Part shown: positions 36,932-46,353 of the stretch, piece by piece | How the letters are laid out: each line of letters starts with the position of its first letter | Numbering within the stretch: position 1 is the stretch's first letter | NCBI GenBank assembly: GCA_963640795.1 | Contig: CAVIAZ010000001.1 | Location: 1,282 to 65,281 of the forward strand | Reading direction: 5' to 3' | DNA length: 64,000 nucleotides | DNA from: a bacterium | GTDB lineage: Bacteria > Spirochaetota > Spirochaetia > Sphaerochaetales > Sphaerochaetaceae | Position numbers and translations under genes: made by a program | Notes under the pieces: model-generated | Told to the model about the DNA's origin: nothing | The model's database searches: none | Seen by the model: only the letters and a program-made list of their open reading frames with translations

Positions 36932-37675
36932 ATGTCTGGCCACAGCAAATGGGCAACTATTAAACACAAGAAAGGTATTGCAGACGCTAAACGCGGACAG
37001 GCTTTCACAAAACTCATCAAGGAAATCACAGTATGTGCAAAGATGGGTGGTCCTGATCCGGAGTCTAACGCAAGACTTAGAACTGCTATCCTCAAGGCAA
37101 GAGCTGAAAACATGCCTAAGGATAACATCGAAAGAGCCATCAAAAAAGGAAGCGGAGAGCTTGGTGCTTCTACTTTCTACGAATTAACATACGAAGGATA
37201 TGCTCCCGGCGGAGTTGCCATTATTGTTGACACACTCACAGACAACAAGAACAGAACAGCAAGTGATGTCAGAAGCACACTCACAAAACTCGGTGGATCT
37301 CTTGGTGCTACAGGCTGTGTCTCCTATATGTTCCAGACAAAGGGTGTTATAACATACTCCACTGAAAAATATACAGAAGACCAGATTTTCGAGGTTGCAC
37401 TTGAGAACGGAGCTGAGGATGTTTCCACTTCTGATGATGTCATCGAAGTAACAACTACTCCCGCTGACTTTGCAACTGTCCTTGAAGCTATGCAGGCTGC
37501 AGGCTTTGAGCAGGAGAGTGCAGATGTCCAGAGAATAGCTGATCAGACAGTTACACTTGACAGTGAGAAGGCCAACAAGGTTTTGAGAATAGTCGAGAGA
37601 CTTGAGGAACTGGATGATGTCCAGCAGGTTTCAACCAACCTTGACCTTCCTGATGATTTTGAGGCTGAGGACTGA
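36932..37675 (+). CDS. yebC: YebC/PmpR-family transcriptional regulator
   Basis: The MSGHSKWATIKHKKG N-terminus is diagnostic. 247 aa. Lies upstream of ruvC, as in many bacteria. Confidence 0.93.
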   Translation: MSGHSKWATIKHKKGIADAKRGQAFTKLIKEITVCAKMGGPDPESNARLRTAILKARAENMPKDNIERAIKKGSGELGASTFYELTYEGYAPGGVAIIVDTLTDNKNRTASDVRSTLTKLGGSLGATGCVSYMFQTKGVITYSTEKYTEDQIFEVALENGAEDVSTSDDVIEVTTTPADFATVLEAMQAAGFEQESADVQRIADQTVTLDSEKANKVLRIVERLEELDDVQQVSTNLDLPDDFEAED

Positions 37676-37678
37676 GAG

Positions 37679-38170
37679 TTGAATATACTTGGAGTTGATC
37701 CGGGTCTCGCTAATACAGGCTGGGGTGTCGTCTCTTATGACGGGAAGACATACCGGCCTGTTTCTTATGGTGTTATCGAGACTGCTGCAAATGAATCAAT
37801 ACAGAAGAGAATCTACACAATTGCACAGGATCTTGGAGTGCTTGCCGAGAAGTATGCCATTGACTGCGTGAGCATGGAGGATATTTTCTTTACGAAAAAC
37901 ATCTCATCTGCCATACCGGTTGCCAAGGTGATAGGTGCAGTCATCTACAAGTTCTCTTCAATGAACATCAAAACTTATCTTTATTCACCCAAAGAGATTA
38001 AGCTTGGGGTAGTGGGACTCGGAAATGCCGAGAAAACCCAGGTCCAGGACATGGTAAAACGTATCCTGAAACTCAGAGAAGTCCCCAAACCCGACCATGC
38101 TGCGGATGCTCTTGCAGACTGCATTTGCCATGTTACACACAGCTCGCTGAGACTTGTAAATCCGGAATAA
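37679..38170 (+). CDS. ruvC: Holliday junction resolvase RuvC
   Basis: ILGVDPGLANTGWGVV (catalytic Asp) and ...PDHAADALA.... TTG start. Confidence 0.9.
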   Translation: MNILGVDPGLANTGWGVVSYDGKTYRPVSYGVIETAANESIQKRIYTIAQDLGVLAEKYAIDCVSMEDIFFTKNISSAIPVAKVIGAVIYKFSSMNIKTYLYSPKEIKLGVVGLGNAEKTQVQDMVKRILKLREVPKPDHAADALADCICHVTHSSLRLVNPE

Positions 38171-38196
38171 GAAAGCAATATAAGTCGACTACTATT

Positions 38197-38230
38197 TCCG
38201 CCGTTGAAATATACGGTGGATTTTCATTTT
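38197..38230 (+). terminator. hairpin plus T-rich tail after ruvC
   Basis: CCGCCGT / ACGGTGG stem (one G-U pair) with an 8-nt loop, followed by ATTTTCATTTTT. Confidence 0.5.
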
Positions 38231-38270
38231 TGTAGTGTCCATTTCTCTGTTTTTAAACTATTCTTTTTAT

Positions 38271-38906
38271 ATGATTAATGCCATTCGAGGAAAGATTGTT
38301 GAGGTGAATGATTCCTCAATAATTATTTTGACTGCTTCCGGAGTAGAATACTTCATTGAGATATCACAGATAAGCGCCAACAAGTTCAGGGGGCTCACCG
38401 GGGAGGAGAAGAACAATGCGAGAGTTTTGACTGTTCTCCAGCACAGGGAGGATGCAATGTCGCTCTTCGGCTTCTATGACGAGAAGGAGAGATTTACATT
38501 TAATGAACTCATCACCGTTCCTGGAATTGCTGCAAAAGGGGCACTCAAGATCCTTGGTGGAATCAGCGTGGATGACCTTGTGCTTGCCCTGGATCTCCAG
38601 GACGTGAAGAAACTCAGCAAAGTCCCCGGCCTTGGTGCCAAGACAGCACAGAAACTTATTCTCCAACTCAGGAATGTTCTTGTCTTTGACGAGACGGAGA
38701 GTACCGGCGAGAGTAAAGGTGAGGGAAGTACCAGCACCAGATTCAAGGATTTCATATCATCTTTCACAGACATGGGTTATGACCGCAAGTCTGTTATAAA
38801 GGCAATTGATGAGACCCTTGAGGAAGGAAAGGCATTATACTCCGGATTATCTGACAGAGATATCGAGAAGAAGATTTTCACTAATGTGCTCAGGAGGCTG
38901 AATTGA
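38271..38906 (+). CDS. ruvA: Holliday junction DNA helicase RuvA
   Basis: MINAIRGKIVEV..., HhH motifs (LITVPGIAAKGALKIL, LSKVPGLGAKTAQKLI). The track start at 38235 adds 12 implausible residues. Confidence 0.9.
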   Translation: MINAIRGKIVEVNDSSIIILTASGVEYFIEISQISANKFRGLTGEEKNNARVLTVLQHREDAMSLFGFYDEKERFTFNELITVPGIAAKGALKILGGISVDDLVLALDLQDVKKLSKVPGLGAKTAQKLILQLRNVLVFDETESTGESKGEGSTSTRFKDFISSFTDMGYDRKSVIKAIDETLEEGKALYSGLSDRDIEKKIFTNVLRRLN

Positions 38907-39961
38907 TTAAGGAAAACACATTTGAGCTTGAAGACGCTAACCTTGAGGAGCGTACAGTAAAGCCGGAAATGATAGAGCGTGAGGAAGTACAGGAGAATAT
39001 CCTGAGACCGAAGTACCTTGAGGACTTCCAGGGACAGAAGGAACTTAAGGAAAACCTTAAGATATATATTGATGCTGCAAAGAAAAGGGGAGAGGCTCTC
39101 GACCATATATTCCTCCAGGGGCCTCCGGGACTTGGAAAGACAACGCTTGCATCCATCATTGCAAATGAGATGGGAGCTGATATTAAGCTGACAAGTGCCA
39201 CTGCACTCGATAAGCCCAGGGACCTTGTCGGTATCCTCACGAATCTGACTGCAGGTTCCGTCCTCTTTATTGATGAGATACATGGACTCAAGAAATCAAT
39301 GGAAGAGACTCTCTATGTTGCAATGGAAGACTATAAGATAGACTGGGTTATTGGACAGGGACCGTCTGCCAGGACGATTAAGGTTGACCTTGAGCCATTT
39401 ACTCTCATTGGGGCAACAACCCGAACGGGTGCGGTATCAAAACCGCTTGAGAACAGGTTCGGTATTCCAATTAAAATAGACCTTTACCCACCTGATGAAC
39501 TGGCACTCATCATCAAGAGATCTGCCCAGATACTTGAAGCTAAAATTACAGATGATGCTGTCATGGATATTGCACGCTGCTCACGCGGTACTCCGAGAAT
39601 AGCAAACAGGATTCTGAGGCGTATAAGGGACATAGCAGATATAAAGGGGGACGGAGTCATCAACCGTGAAATGACGTCGCTCGGGCTTGAAAAACTTGGA
39701 ATTGACTCAAACGGACTCGATAAGACCGACCGCGATATTCTGAAAATCATCGCAACTACCTATTCTGGTGGTCCTGTTGGACTTGAAGCCCTTGCGGCAT
39801 CACTCAATGACTCAAGTGATACGATTGAAGTCTACTATGAGCCGTATCTTATGAGACAGGGGTATTTGAAACGTACAACCAGGGGGCGCTGCCTTACACA
39901 CAAAGCCTACGAAGTATTGAATATAGAGGACAGAGATGGAAACCAGGGATTTTTACTTTGA
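38903..39961 (+). CDS. ruvB: Holliday junction DNA helicase RuvB
   Basis: Walker A GPPGLGKTTLA, LFIDEIH, and the sensor RGTPRIANRILRR. Confidence 0.95.
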   Translation: MIKENTFELEDANLEERTVKPEMIEREEVQENILRPKYLEDFQGQKELKENLKIYIDAAKKRGEALDHIFLQGPPGLGKTTLASIIANEMGADIKLTSATALDKPRDLVGILTNLTAGSVLFIDEIHGLKKSMEETLYVAMEDYKIDWVIGQGPSARTIKVDLEPFTLIGATTRTGAVSKPLENRFGIPIKIDLYPPDELALIIKRSAQILEAKITDDAVMDIARCSRGTPRIANRILRRIRDIADIKGDGVINREMTSLGLEKLGIDSNGLDKTDRDILKIIATTYSGGPVGLEALAASLNDSSDTIEVYYEPYLMRQGYLKRTTRGRCLTHKAYEVLNIEDRDGNQGFLL

Positions 39962-40979
39962 TCTTCCTTCCTCTCTCATTGCGCAGGAACCTGCAGAGAA
40001 GAGAGGTGAGGACAGACTGCTTTTGCTTGATAAACATACCGGTAGGTATGAGGACCATATGATTAAGGATTTTCCTTCACTCTTGAGGGAGAATTCGATT
40101 CTTGTTGTGAACAACTCAAAGGTCAGGAAGGCCCGTATCTATGCTAAGAGTATGGAGACTGACGGCATTGTCGAATTTCTCTTTCTGGGAGAGAACACGG
40201 ACGGAAGCTGGAATGCAATTGTAAGCAAGGCAAAGCGCCAGAGAACGGGGAAAGAATATATTTTCTCTACACTTGACGGGAAAGAATATACAACAGGCAA
40301 AATCATCAAAGAGAATGATGACGGGACAAGAGACATACTCTTCTCGTCTCCAATCAGCGAGGATTTCTTCCTCTCATGCGGCCATGTCCCCCTTCCTCCT
40401 TATATCAAGAGGGAGGACAACTTCAGTGACGAATCCAGGTACCAGACTGTTTATGCAAAAAACGAGGGAAGTGTGGCTTGTCCCACAGCTGGACTTCACT
40501 TCACTCCTCAAATTCTTGATGAAATAAAGAAGAGAGGAATTGAAATACTTGAAGTCACCCTTCATGTCGGAGCCGGAACATTCCTTCCCGTGAGAACTGA
40601 CAGGATAGAGGACCATCATATGCACACAGAAAGTTACGAAATACCCCTTTCTGTTGCAGAACGTCTCAACGAGGCGAAGAGAAGCGGAAAGGAGATTGTT
40701 GCTGTAGGAACCACATCAACACGTACTCTTGAAAGTGCTGCAAATGAGAATGGGGAACTTGTGAACCTCAAGGGAAAGACAGATATCTTCATCTACCCGG
40801 GATACAAATTCAGGTTCATTGACTCCCTCCTCACTAACTTTCATACCCCGGAGTCAACCCTGGTCATGCTTGTAAGTGCCCTTGCAGGTAAGGATAACAT
40901 CATGAATGCCTATCAACATGCAATAGAGGAGAAATACAGGTTCTTCTCCTATGGGGACGCAATGTTCATAAGAGCCTGA
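39936..40979 (+). CDS. queA: S-adenosylmethionine:tRNA ribosyltransferase-isomerase
   Basis: FYFDLPSSLIAQEPAEKRGEDRLLLL, GSVACPTAGLHFT and FFSYGDAMFI motifs. Confidence 0.93.
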   Translation: METRDFYFDLPSSLIAQEPAEKRGEDRLLLLDKHTGRYEDHMIKDFPSLLRENSILVVNNSKVRKARIYAKSMETDGIVEFLFLGENTDGSWNAIVSKAKRQRTGKEYIFSTLDGKEYTTGKIIKENDDGTRDILFSSPISEDFFLSCGHVPLPPYIKREDNFSDESRYQTVYAKNEGSVACPTAGLHFTPQILDEIKKRGIEILEVTLHVGAGTFLPVRTDRIEDHHMHTESYEIPLSVAERLNEAKRSGKEIVAVGTTSTRTLESAANENGELVNLKGKTDIFIYPGYKFRFIDSLLTNFHTPESTLVMLVSALAGKDNIMNAYQHAIEEKYRFFSYGDAMFIRA

Positions 40980-41586
40980 TGCGTCCGATTTCGCTTATGA
41001 TGGCAGCTGTTATCTCATTAATTGAGAGCCTGCCATCGATGGTGATCAAAGATACATCCTCCGGAAGGGATGAAAATTCCCTGAGGTAATTCTCCCTTAC
41101 TTTCTTCAGGAACTCCTCCTTTTCGAAGAGTTCCTTTTCTTCTCCTCTTTTCTCAATACGTGACATGCAGTCTGAAGGAGGAGTGTCAATGAAGATTATA
41201 CAATCAGCATGCGGGAAGGAAGAATTGATGGATGCTATGAATTCATAGTTGCACTGGACACCCTGGTAGGCAATTGAAGAGTAGAAATATCTGTCAGTGA
41301 TTACAGTCTCCCCGTCATCAAGATGCCCGATAATCCCGTATTCGGGGTTATAGAGGTGGTCATCCCTGTCTGAAGCATAGAGGAGGGCAAGAGCTTCAGG
41401 GGTTGTTGAAAACTTTTTCTGCAATGCGTCTCTCACAAGTTTTCCTATCGGATTGTCGGTCGGCTCATGTGTGATGAAGACTTTCCTTCCGTTTTCCTCA
41501 AGATGCTTACCGAGTAATTTCATCTGGGTTGTAGTGCCTGCTCCGTCCAATCCTTCGAAAACAATCAACTTTCCTTTTTCTGCCAT
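40966..41586 (-). CDS. tmk: thymidylate kinase
   Basis: The P-loop FEGLDGAGTTTQ and a DRY-type motif (TDRYFYSSIAYQ). 206 aa. Confidence 0.9.
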   Translation of the reverse strand: MAEKGKLIVFEGLDGAGTTTQMKLLGKHLEENGRKVFITHEPTDNPIGKLVRDALQKKFSTTPEALALLYASDRDDHLYNPEYGIIGHLDDGETVITDRYFYSSIAYQGVQCNYEFIASINSSFPHADCIIFIDTPPSDCMSRIEKRGEEKELFEKEEFLKKVRENYLREFSSLPEDVSLITIDGRLSINEITAAIISEIGRIRLL

Positions 41587-41662
41587 AATTGCCGTAATCC
41601 CGTTATCAATATAAAATGTATTGAGTATTGTATTGGTTTGGCATTAAGGAAACAAGATAAAG

Positions 41663-44600
41663 ATGAAATTTCATAACAACATAAAGACAGTGCTAATTGT
41701 AATTTCAGTAACAGTTCTTTTCTTTGTCTCTTCAATGCTTATCCTTTTCAATCTTAATCTCACAAGCCCGACATTAATTGTAACGGAGAGCATTCTCGAT
41801 TCCTTCTCCTCTGCCGATTCTGATTTCTCACTTTCATTCGACGGGATGGAACGTAACTTCCGTGACAGGATATTGATAAATAATCTTTCTCTTTATTACA
41901 AGGGAGAGGAAATAGCTTTCTTCGAGAAGACTGAAGTCAAGCTGGGACTCTTTGACATTATTTCATATTTTTTTAATTTTGAGGGTAGCGCAGAGATAGA
42001 TTTCCTTACAGGGAATGTAAATGTTGACACTTCACTTTTTTCTGCAAGTGAAGAGAAAGATTCCTCTCTTGGAGATATAACACTCCCGTCATTCTTAAAT
42101 TCACATAACCTCATCCTTACTTTCAAAGATATAGATGTAAGCATTGACGGCACAGGCGGAAATGTAGACGAGCTTACCCTGAGCTATGTTGCCCGGGAGG
42201 AGAAACTGGTCGGGGATGGGGAGATATCATCATTCCGGGTCAAAGTCTCTGGATATGATATCCTCTTGAATAACACTGCAGCATCTTTCAGCTGGGGAAA
42301 GACAATATATGTCAGTGTGGATCTCGGGAAGGTTGAACTTAATGGCGAAAACATAAACGGAAGTGTGGAGAATATAGAACTCAGTCTTACAACAGATGAT
42401 TTTGCTTCCCTTAAAGATGGAAAAATCATGGCTGTGCTCAATATTGACTCAATCAGCCTTGAATATGACGGCATCACGTTGGACACAAAGGCAAATGAAG
42501 TCTGTTTCACACCAGATAATGTGACGGCATCGATAGTGAAAATCACGGGAGGAGTATCAGGATACAGCTACAATGTGAATGGGGTTGATGCTCTCCTTGA
42601 GGGTTATGATAACTATACAATCTCCTCAAAAGGAGCATACTTTTCAAGTGATAAAAATGACATCTCACTGGACAGCTTGAAGATTACAGGCTCATTGAAA
42701 AACGAGGATGCAGAAGTATCAGTTGAGAAAATCACCTCAGATATCTCTTCTCTGACGAGCTCACTTCTCGGAGTTGTTGACCTGAGCAGTATCAACGGGA
42801 ATCTCAATTACAGTGAAGGTCTTTCCGTCTCCCTCTCACTCTCGAGCACAATAACAACACCAAGTGAGAAGATAGATGACATATCTTTCTCATTCGGTGC
42901 TGAGGTTGATATAAAAGAGAATGAAATCAGTAATGCCCGTTTTGACCTTACTGATCTCTATCTAGGATATGGGGAAAGATACAACTCTTCTGTCAATGTA
43001 AGCGGAAATCTTGATTCAGCTGTAATTACTCTTGACTACGGTTCCTTTGACATTGACCTTGTGGCATCACTCAAAAAGTCATCTCTTGAGGGTAGCTTGA
43101 TAGTTGATAGCCTTCCGGTTTTGAGAATTAAACCCCTTCTTAATGAAGGTATATCATCTCTTTTTGAAGATGAGTCAATATTCAGTTTATCCTCATATTT
43201 TGACCTTTCTTTCAAAGACGGTGTTTTTTCCGGTGATCTTGATTACAGCGTGTCGCTTGACAGCATGAAGATATCATTCATCAAGACGGATCTCTCTTCA
43301 TCCGGCAGACTTACTTTTGAAGATAAGAAGATCAACATCCATAAAATTAAAGTTGACACATCATTCTTCACATCCACATTCAACGGGTATTGGGACAAAG
43401 AAAGGAAGCTTCCTTCTCTTGATTTTACATCCAATCTAATAAATGGTGATGAGCTTCTTAACGGGTATATACATCTTGAAGACGACAGGAGCTATCACTA
43501 TGAGGCCGATTTTGCATACTTCAAGAACATGATTTTTGATGGAGTGGTGGACTTCAATACAGATAAACTGATTACATCAAAGTCTACTCTCACCACAGGA
43601 GATGATGTGAGGGAGTTTACTCTTCTTACCGATTTGGAAAAGAAAGAGATTTCACTCAAATCAGACAATCTGATCTCATTACTTGATTTCTCTGACGGCA
43701 TTAGAGGAAGGCTTGAGGCAGATAGCCTGAGGACACTGAGGAGCCCGGCCGGAGTTCCGATTACAATTGATGGCATTGTGGGGTATTCATTCAGTCTTGA
43801 GGAAGGTCTGCATATAAGCTCAAACAGCATAGAAGTAGGCAGTTTCTTCTATCTCCCGAACAGTCCGACACTTTCGTTTATGCTTAATATGAACGATGAC
43901 CAGCTCGAGCTTTCGTACATAAAAATAAAGGGTGAAAATACATTTAACTATACGGGGTTGCTTAAGGCCGATTTCGTCTCGAATACGCTTGCCCTTACAT
44001 TTGATGAGACAGGAGGGGATGGTTCAATCCTCTTCTCGCTCTACAAGGATGCTGAATTTGTTGCTGCATTGAAGGCAGATAAAATCAACCTTACACCTGT
44101 AGGGCTTGAGGATATGTATGCTCAGGTGACACTATACGGAAGGGCAAACAAGATTGAGGACTTTGCGTTTAATGGTAATGTTTCAGTCACATCCCCTTCA
44201 GACGGGAATAGAAAGATTAATGGTTCCCTTACAATCGACAGTTCCCGGATAGTCATGGAAGATATCATTTACTCGTCCGATGATTTCAATGCTACTCTTC
44301 CTGAAATCTATTTTGATTCTGTTTCAGGTAAATTCGAGATATCGAATGCTGTTTTCAATCTTACTAACAGCAAGCCTGACAGGGATTATCCGTTAGAAGC
44401 TGCATTCTCGCTATCCGGAGAGACAGAAAAGTCTGATTCTCTCTTCTATTCTCTGGTTAATTTGATCAGCGGGAAGGGAAGCGGAACGGATTTGGTATTT
44501 AAAATTGATTATCTTGATGCTGATTCCTCTACATTAAGAGTGGAGGACAGGAACCTGTCCATTTCCATTAGAGACGATAAGATAACCCTCGGTGGAAATT

Positions 44601-46210
44601 TCCTCTCCGGAACTCTTCTGAGAACAGAGAAGCGTGCGTCATTTTATGTTGATTTACCCGGACTTACCGTTGCATCTTTCAACCTTGACTTCGCCTCTGG
44701 CTTGAAAGTAAATGCCTCTGTTGATGAGTTCAATATGGGAATAGTGAACCTCCTGATGAAATTTCCGACTCTTGTCTTCAGAGATGATCTGGTGTCTGGA
44801 AAGGCATCATTTGTCATTGAAAACGGGAGAGCATCACTTAACGGAAGTCTTGAAGCGGAGGAACTTGGGGTTGATGTGTTCTGGCTCGAAAACGAGACAC
44901 TTATTCTACATAACCCCCGTTTCATTCTGTGGGACAATGATCTCAGCTCTTCATATACCTATGCCACAGTCCTCGACAAACTGACACAGGAGAGGAATAT
45001 GGTTAGAATGACTGTCGGTATTTCTTTGAGTGATACTCTCTCGCTCGATGGGTGGGATGTTAATGTATATATTGATGATGACAACCCCATCAGGGTACGT
45101 ATCCCGCTTCCTAAAGCCAATATAGACATACTTGGATATACGAGCGGCCACTACCATGCCTATTCAGATGATAACGGAATGTATAATGAAGGCACCCTCA
45201 ATATAAGTGATGCCGAAGTCTCTGTCGGCATGAACCCGTACCCGGACTGGTACAATCTCATAACGGGTGCTGCTTTTGTTGACATGACCCTCAATTTCAA
45301 GAATAACAACAGAATACTATATCCGGCCGGTGATGATCCGATTTTCTCCATTACGCTCCAGGATGACAGCTATGTCTATGCATTTGTTGACAGTTCATCT
45401 GTCAGATGCTCGGGAGATGTCCAGATAAGGGGAGGAGAGATATTCTACTTCCAGAAATACTTCTATATAACATCAGGTTCAATCAGGTTTGATGACCCCA
45501 ATGAACTTAATCCGAAGATTTCCCTTCGTGCAACCCTCAGGGACTACGACTCATCGAGTGAAAGAGTCGAGATTTACCTTGTCATGAAAGACAATACCTT
45601 CGACAATATCTCGCCGACTCTTGAGAGCAGTCCCGCCAAGGAACTGAGTGAGATAATGGAGATTCTCGGCCAGTCCATCCTTCCCCAGTCGGCATACGGC
45701 TCGGTCTCTGTCTCTTCTGTTGCCTCACTTGTCACGGAAGGGTACGACATACTTTCAAGGCTCGGTATTGTGACAACTGCCACCAACCCGCTTTCAAGCC
45801 TCTCATCCTCCCTTAAGAACGTCTTCGGCGTGGACACATTCTCCCTGCACTCAAATATCCTGAATAACATCGTTACCGATACTATCACACAGGCAACAGC
45901 ACAGAACGGGACAACTCCACTGACAACATTCTCGCCTATGGCAAGATTCCTTAATGGAACCACACTGAATGTCGGTAAGTATCTATCCCAGAACCTCTAT
46001 CTCCAGATAATGGTTCATCTTGAGGCTACAAGTAACAGAGACAAGTACACAATCATCGCAGATGACCTTGCACTCGATACTGAGTTCTCGCTTGAGTGGA
46101 CGGAACTTGATGCCTTTAATGTCACATTCTTCACAACCCCGAGCTATTTCTCATTCATATCCATTCTCGATACTTTCGGTTTTACCATAACCAAGACAAT
46201 TAACTTCTGA
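41663..46210 (+). CDS. tamB: TamB / AsmA-like translocation and assembly module protein
   Basis: 1515 aa with an N-terminal TM anchor, a very long beta-rich S/T/D/N region, and a DUF490-like C-terminus (LNVGKYLSQNLYLQIMVHLE...) ending in F. Lies immediately upstream of bamA. Confidence 0.75.
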   Translation: MKFHNNIKTVLIVISVTVLFFVSSMLILFNLNLTSPTLIVTESILDSFSSADSDFSLSFDGMERNFRDRILINNLSLYYKGEEIAFFEKTEVKLGLFDIISYFFNFEGSAEIDFLTGNVNVDTSLFSASEEKDSSLGDITLPSFLNSHNLILTFKDIDVSIDGTGGNVDELTLSYVAREEKLVGDGEISSFRVKVSGYDILLNNTAASFSWGKTIYVSVDLGKVELNGENINGSVENIELSLTTDDFASLKDGKIMAVLNIDSISLEYDGITLDTKANEVCFTPDNVTASIVKITGGVSGYSYNVNGVDALLEGYDNYTISSKGAYFSSDKNDISLDSLKITGSLKNEDAEVSVEKITSDISSLTSSLLGVVDLSSINGNLNYSEGLSVSLSLSSTITTPSEKIDDISFSFGAEVDIKENEISNARFDLTDLYLGYGERYNSSVNVSGNLDSAVITLDYGSFDIDLVASLKKSSLEGSLIVDSLPVLRIKPLLNEGISSLFEDESIFSLSSYFDLSFKDGVFSGDLDYSVSLDSMKISFIKTDLSSSGRLTFEDKKINIHKIKVDTSFFTSTFNGYWDKERKLPSLDFTSNLINGDELLNGYIHLEDDRSYHYEADFAYFKNMIFDGVVDFNTDKLITSKSTLTTGDDVREFTLLTDLEKKEISLKSDNLISLLDFSDGIRGRLEADSLRTLRSPAGVPITIDGIVGYSFSLEEGLHISSNSIEVGSFFYLPNSPTLSFMLNMNDDQLELSYIKIKGENTFNYTGLLKADFVSNTLALTFDETGGDGSILFSLYKDAEFVAALKADKINLTPVGLEDMYAQVTLYGRANKIEDFAFNGNVSVTSPSDGNRKINGSLTIDSSRIVMEDIIYSSDDFNATLPEIYFDSVSGKFEISNAVFNLTNSKPDRDYPLEAAFSLSGETEKSDSLFYSLVNLISGKGSGTDLVFKIDYLDADSSTLRVEDRNLSISIRDDKITLGGNFLSGTLLRTEKRASFYVDLPGLTVASFNLDFASGLKVNASVDEFNMGIVNLLMKFPTLVFRDDLVSGKASFVIENGRASLNGSLEAEELGVDVFWLENETLILHNPRFILWDNDLSSSYTYATVLDKLTQERNMVRMTVGISLSDTLSLDGWDVNVYIDDDNPIRVRIPLPKANIDILGYTSGHYHAYSDDNGMYNEGTLNISDAEVSVGMNPYPDWYNLITGAAFVDMTLNFKNNNRILYPAGDDPIFSITLQDDSYVYAFVDSSSVRCSGDVQIRGGEIFYFQKYFYITSGSIRFDDPNELNPKISLRATLRDYDSSSERVEIYLVMKDNTFDNISPTLESSPAKELSEIMEILGQSILPQSAYGSVSVSSVASLVTEGYDILSRLGIVTTATNPLSSLSSSLKNVFGVDTFSLHSNILNNIVTDTITQATAQNGTTPLTTFSPMARFLNGTTLNVGKYLSQNLYLQIMVHLEATSNRDKYTIIADDLALDTEFSLEWTELDAFNVTFFTTPSYFSFISILDTFGFTITKTINF

Positions 46211-46307
46211 TGAAAAACAAGAAAAACACATAGATAATAAATTGCCTGGATGGATTATCTGGTTATTTCTCAAGAAAATATCTTTTTACTCTTTTTTCTT
46301 TCCTTAT

Positions 46308-46336
46308 TTGAGTTAGTGCTCTTTTTCTGCTAGACT
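46308..46336 (+). promoter_or_regulatory. candidate sigma70 promoter with extended -10 upstream of bamA
   Basis: TTGAGT (46308-46313), 17 nt spacer ending in TGC, then TAGACT (46331-46336). RBS AGAGG and the ATG at 46354 follow. Confidence 0.4.
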
Positions 46337-46353
46337 ACACAAAGAGGTAAATA

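Noticed and set aside
36900-37187. ORFs 36900-37187 (+) and 36910-37143 (-) overlapping the start of yebC
   Set aside because: The MSGHSKWATIKHKKG frame beginning at 36932 is unmistakably YebC. The overlapping frames have no supporting features.
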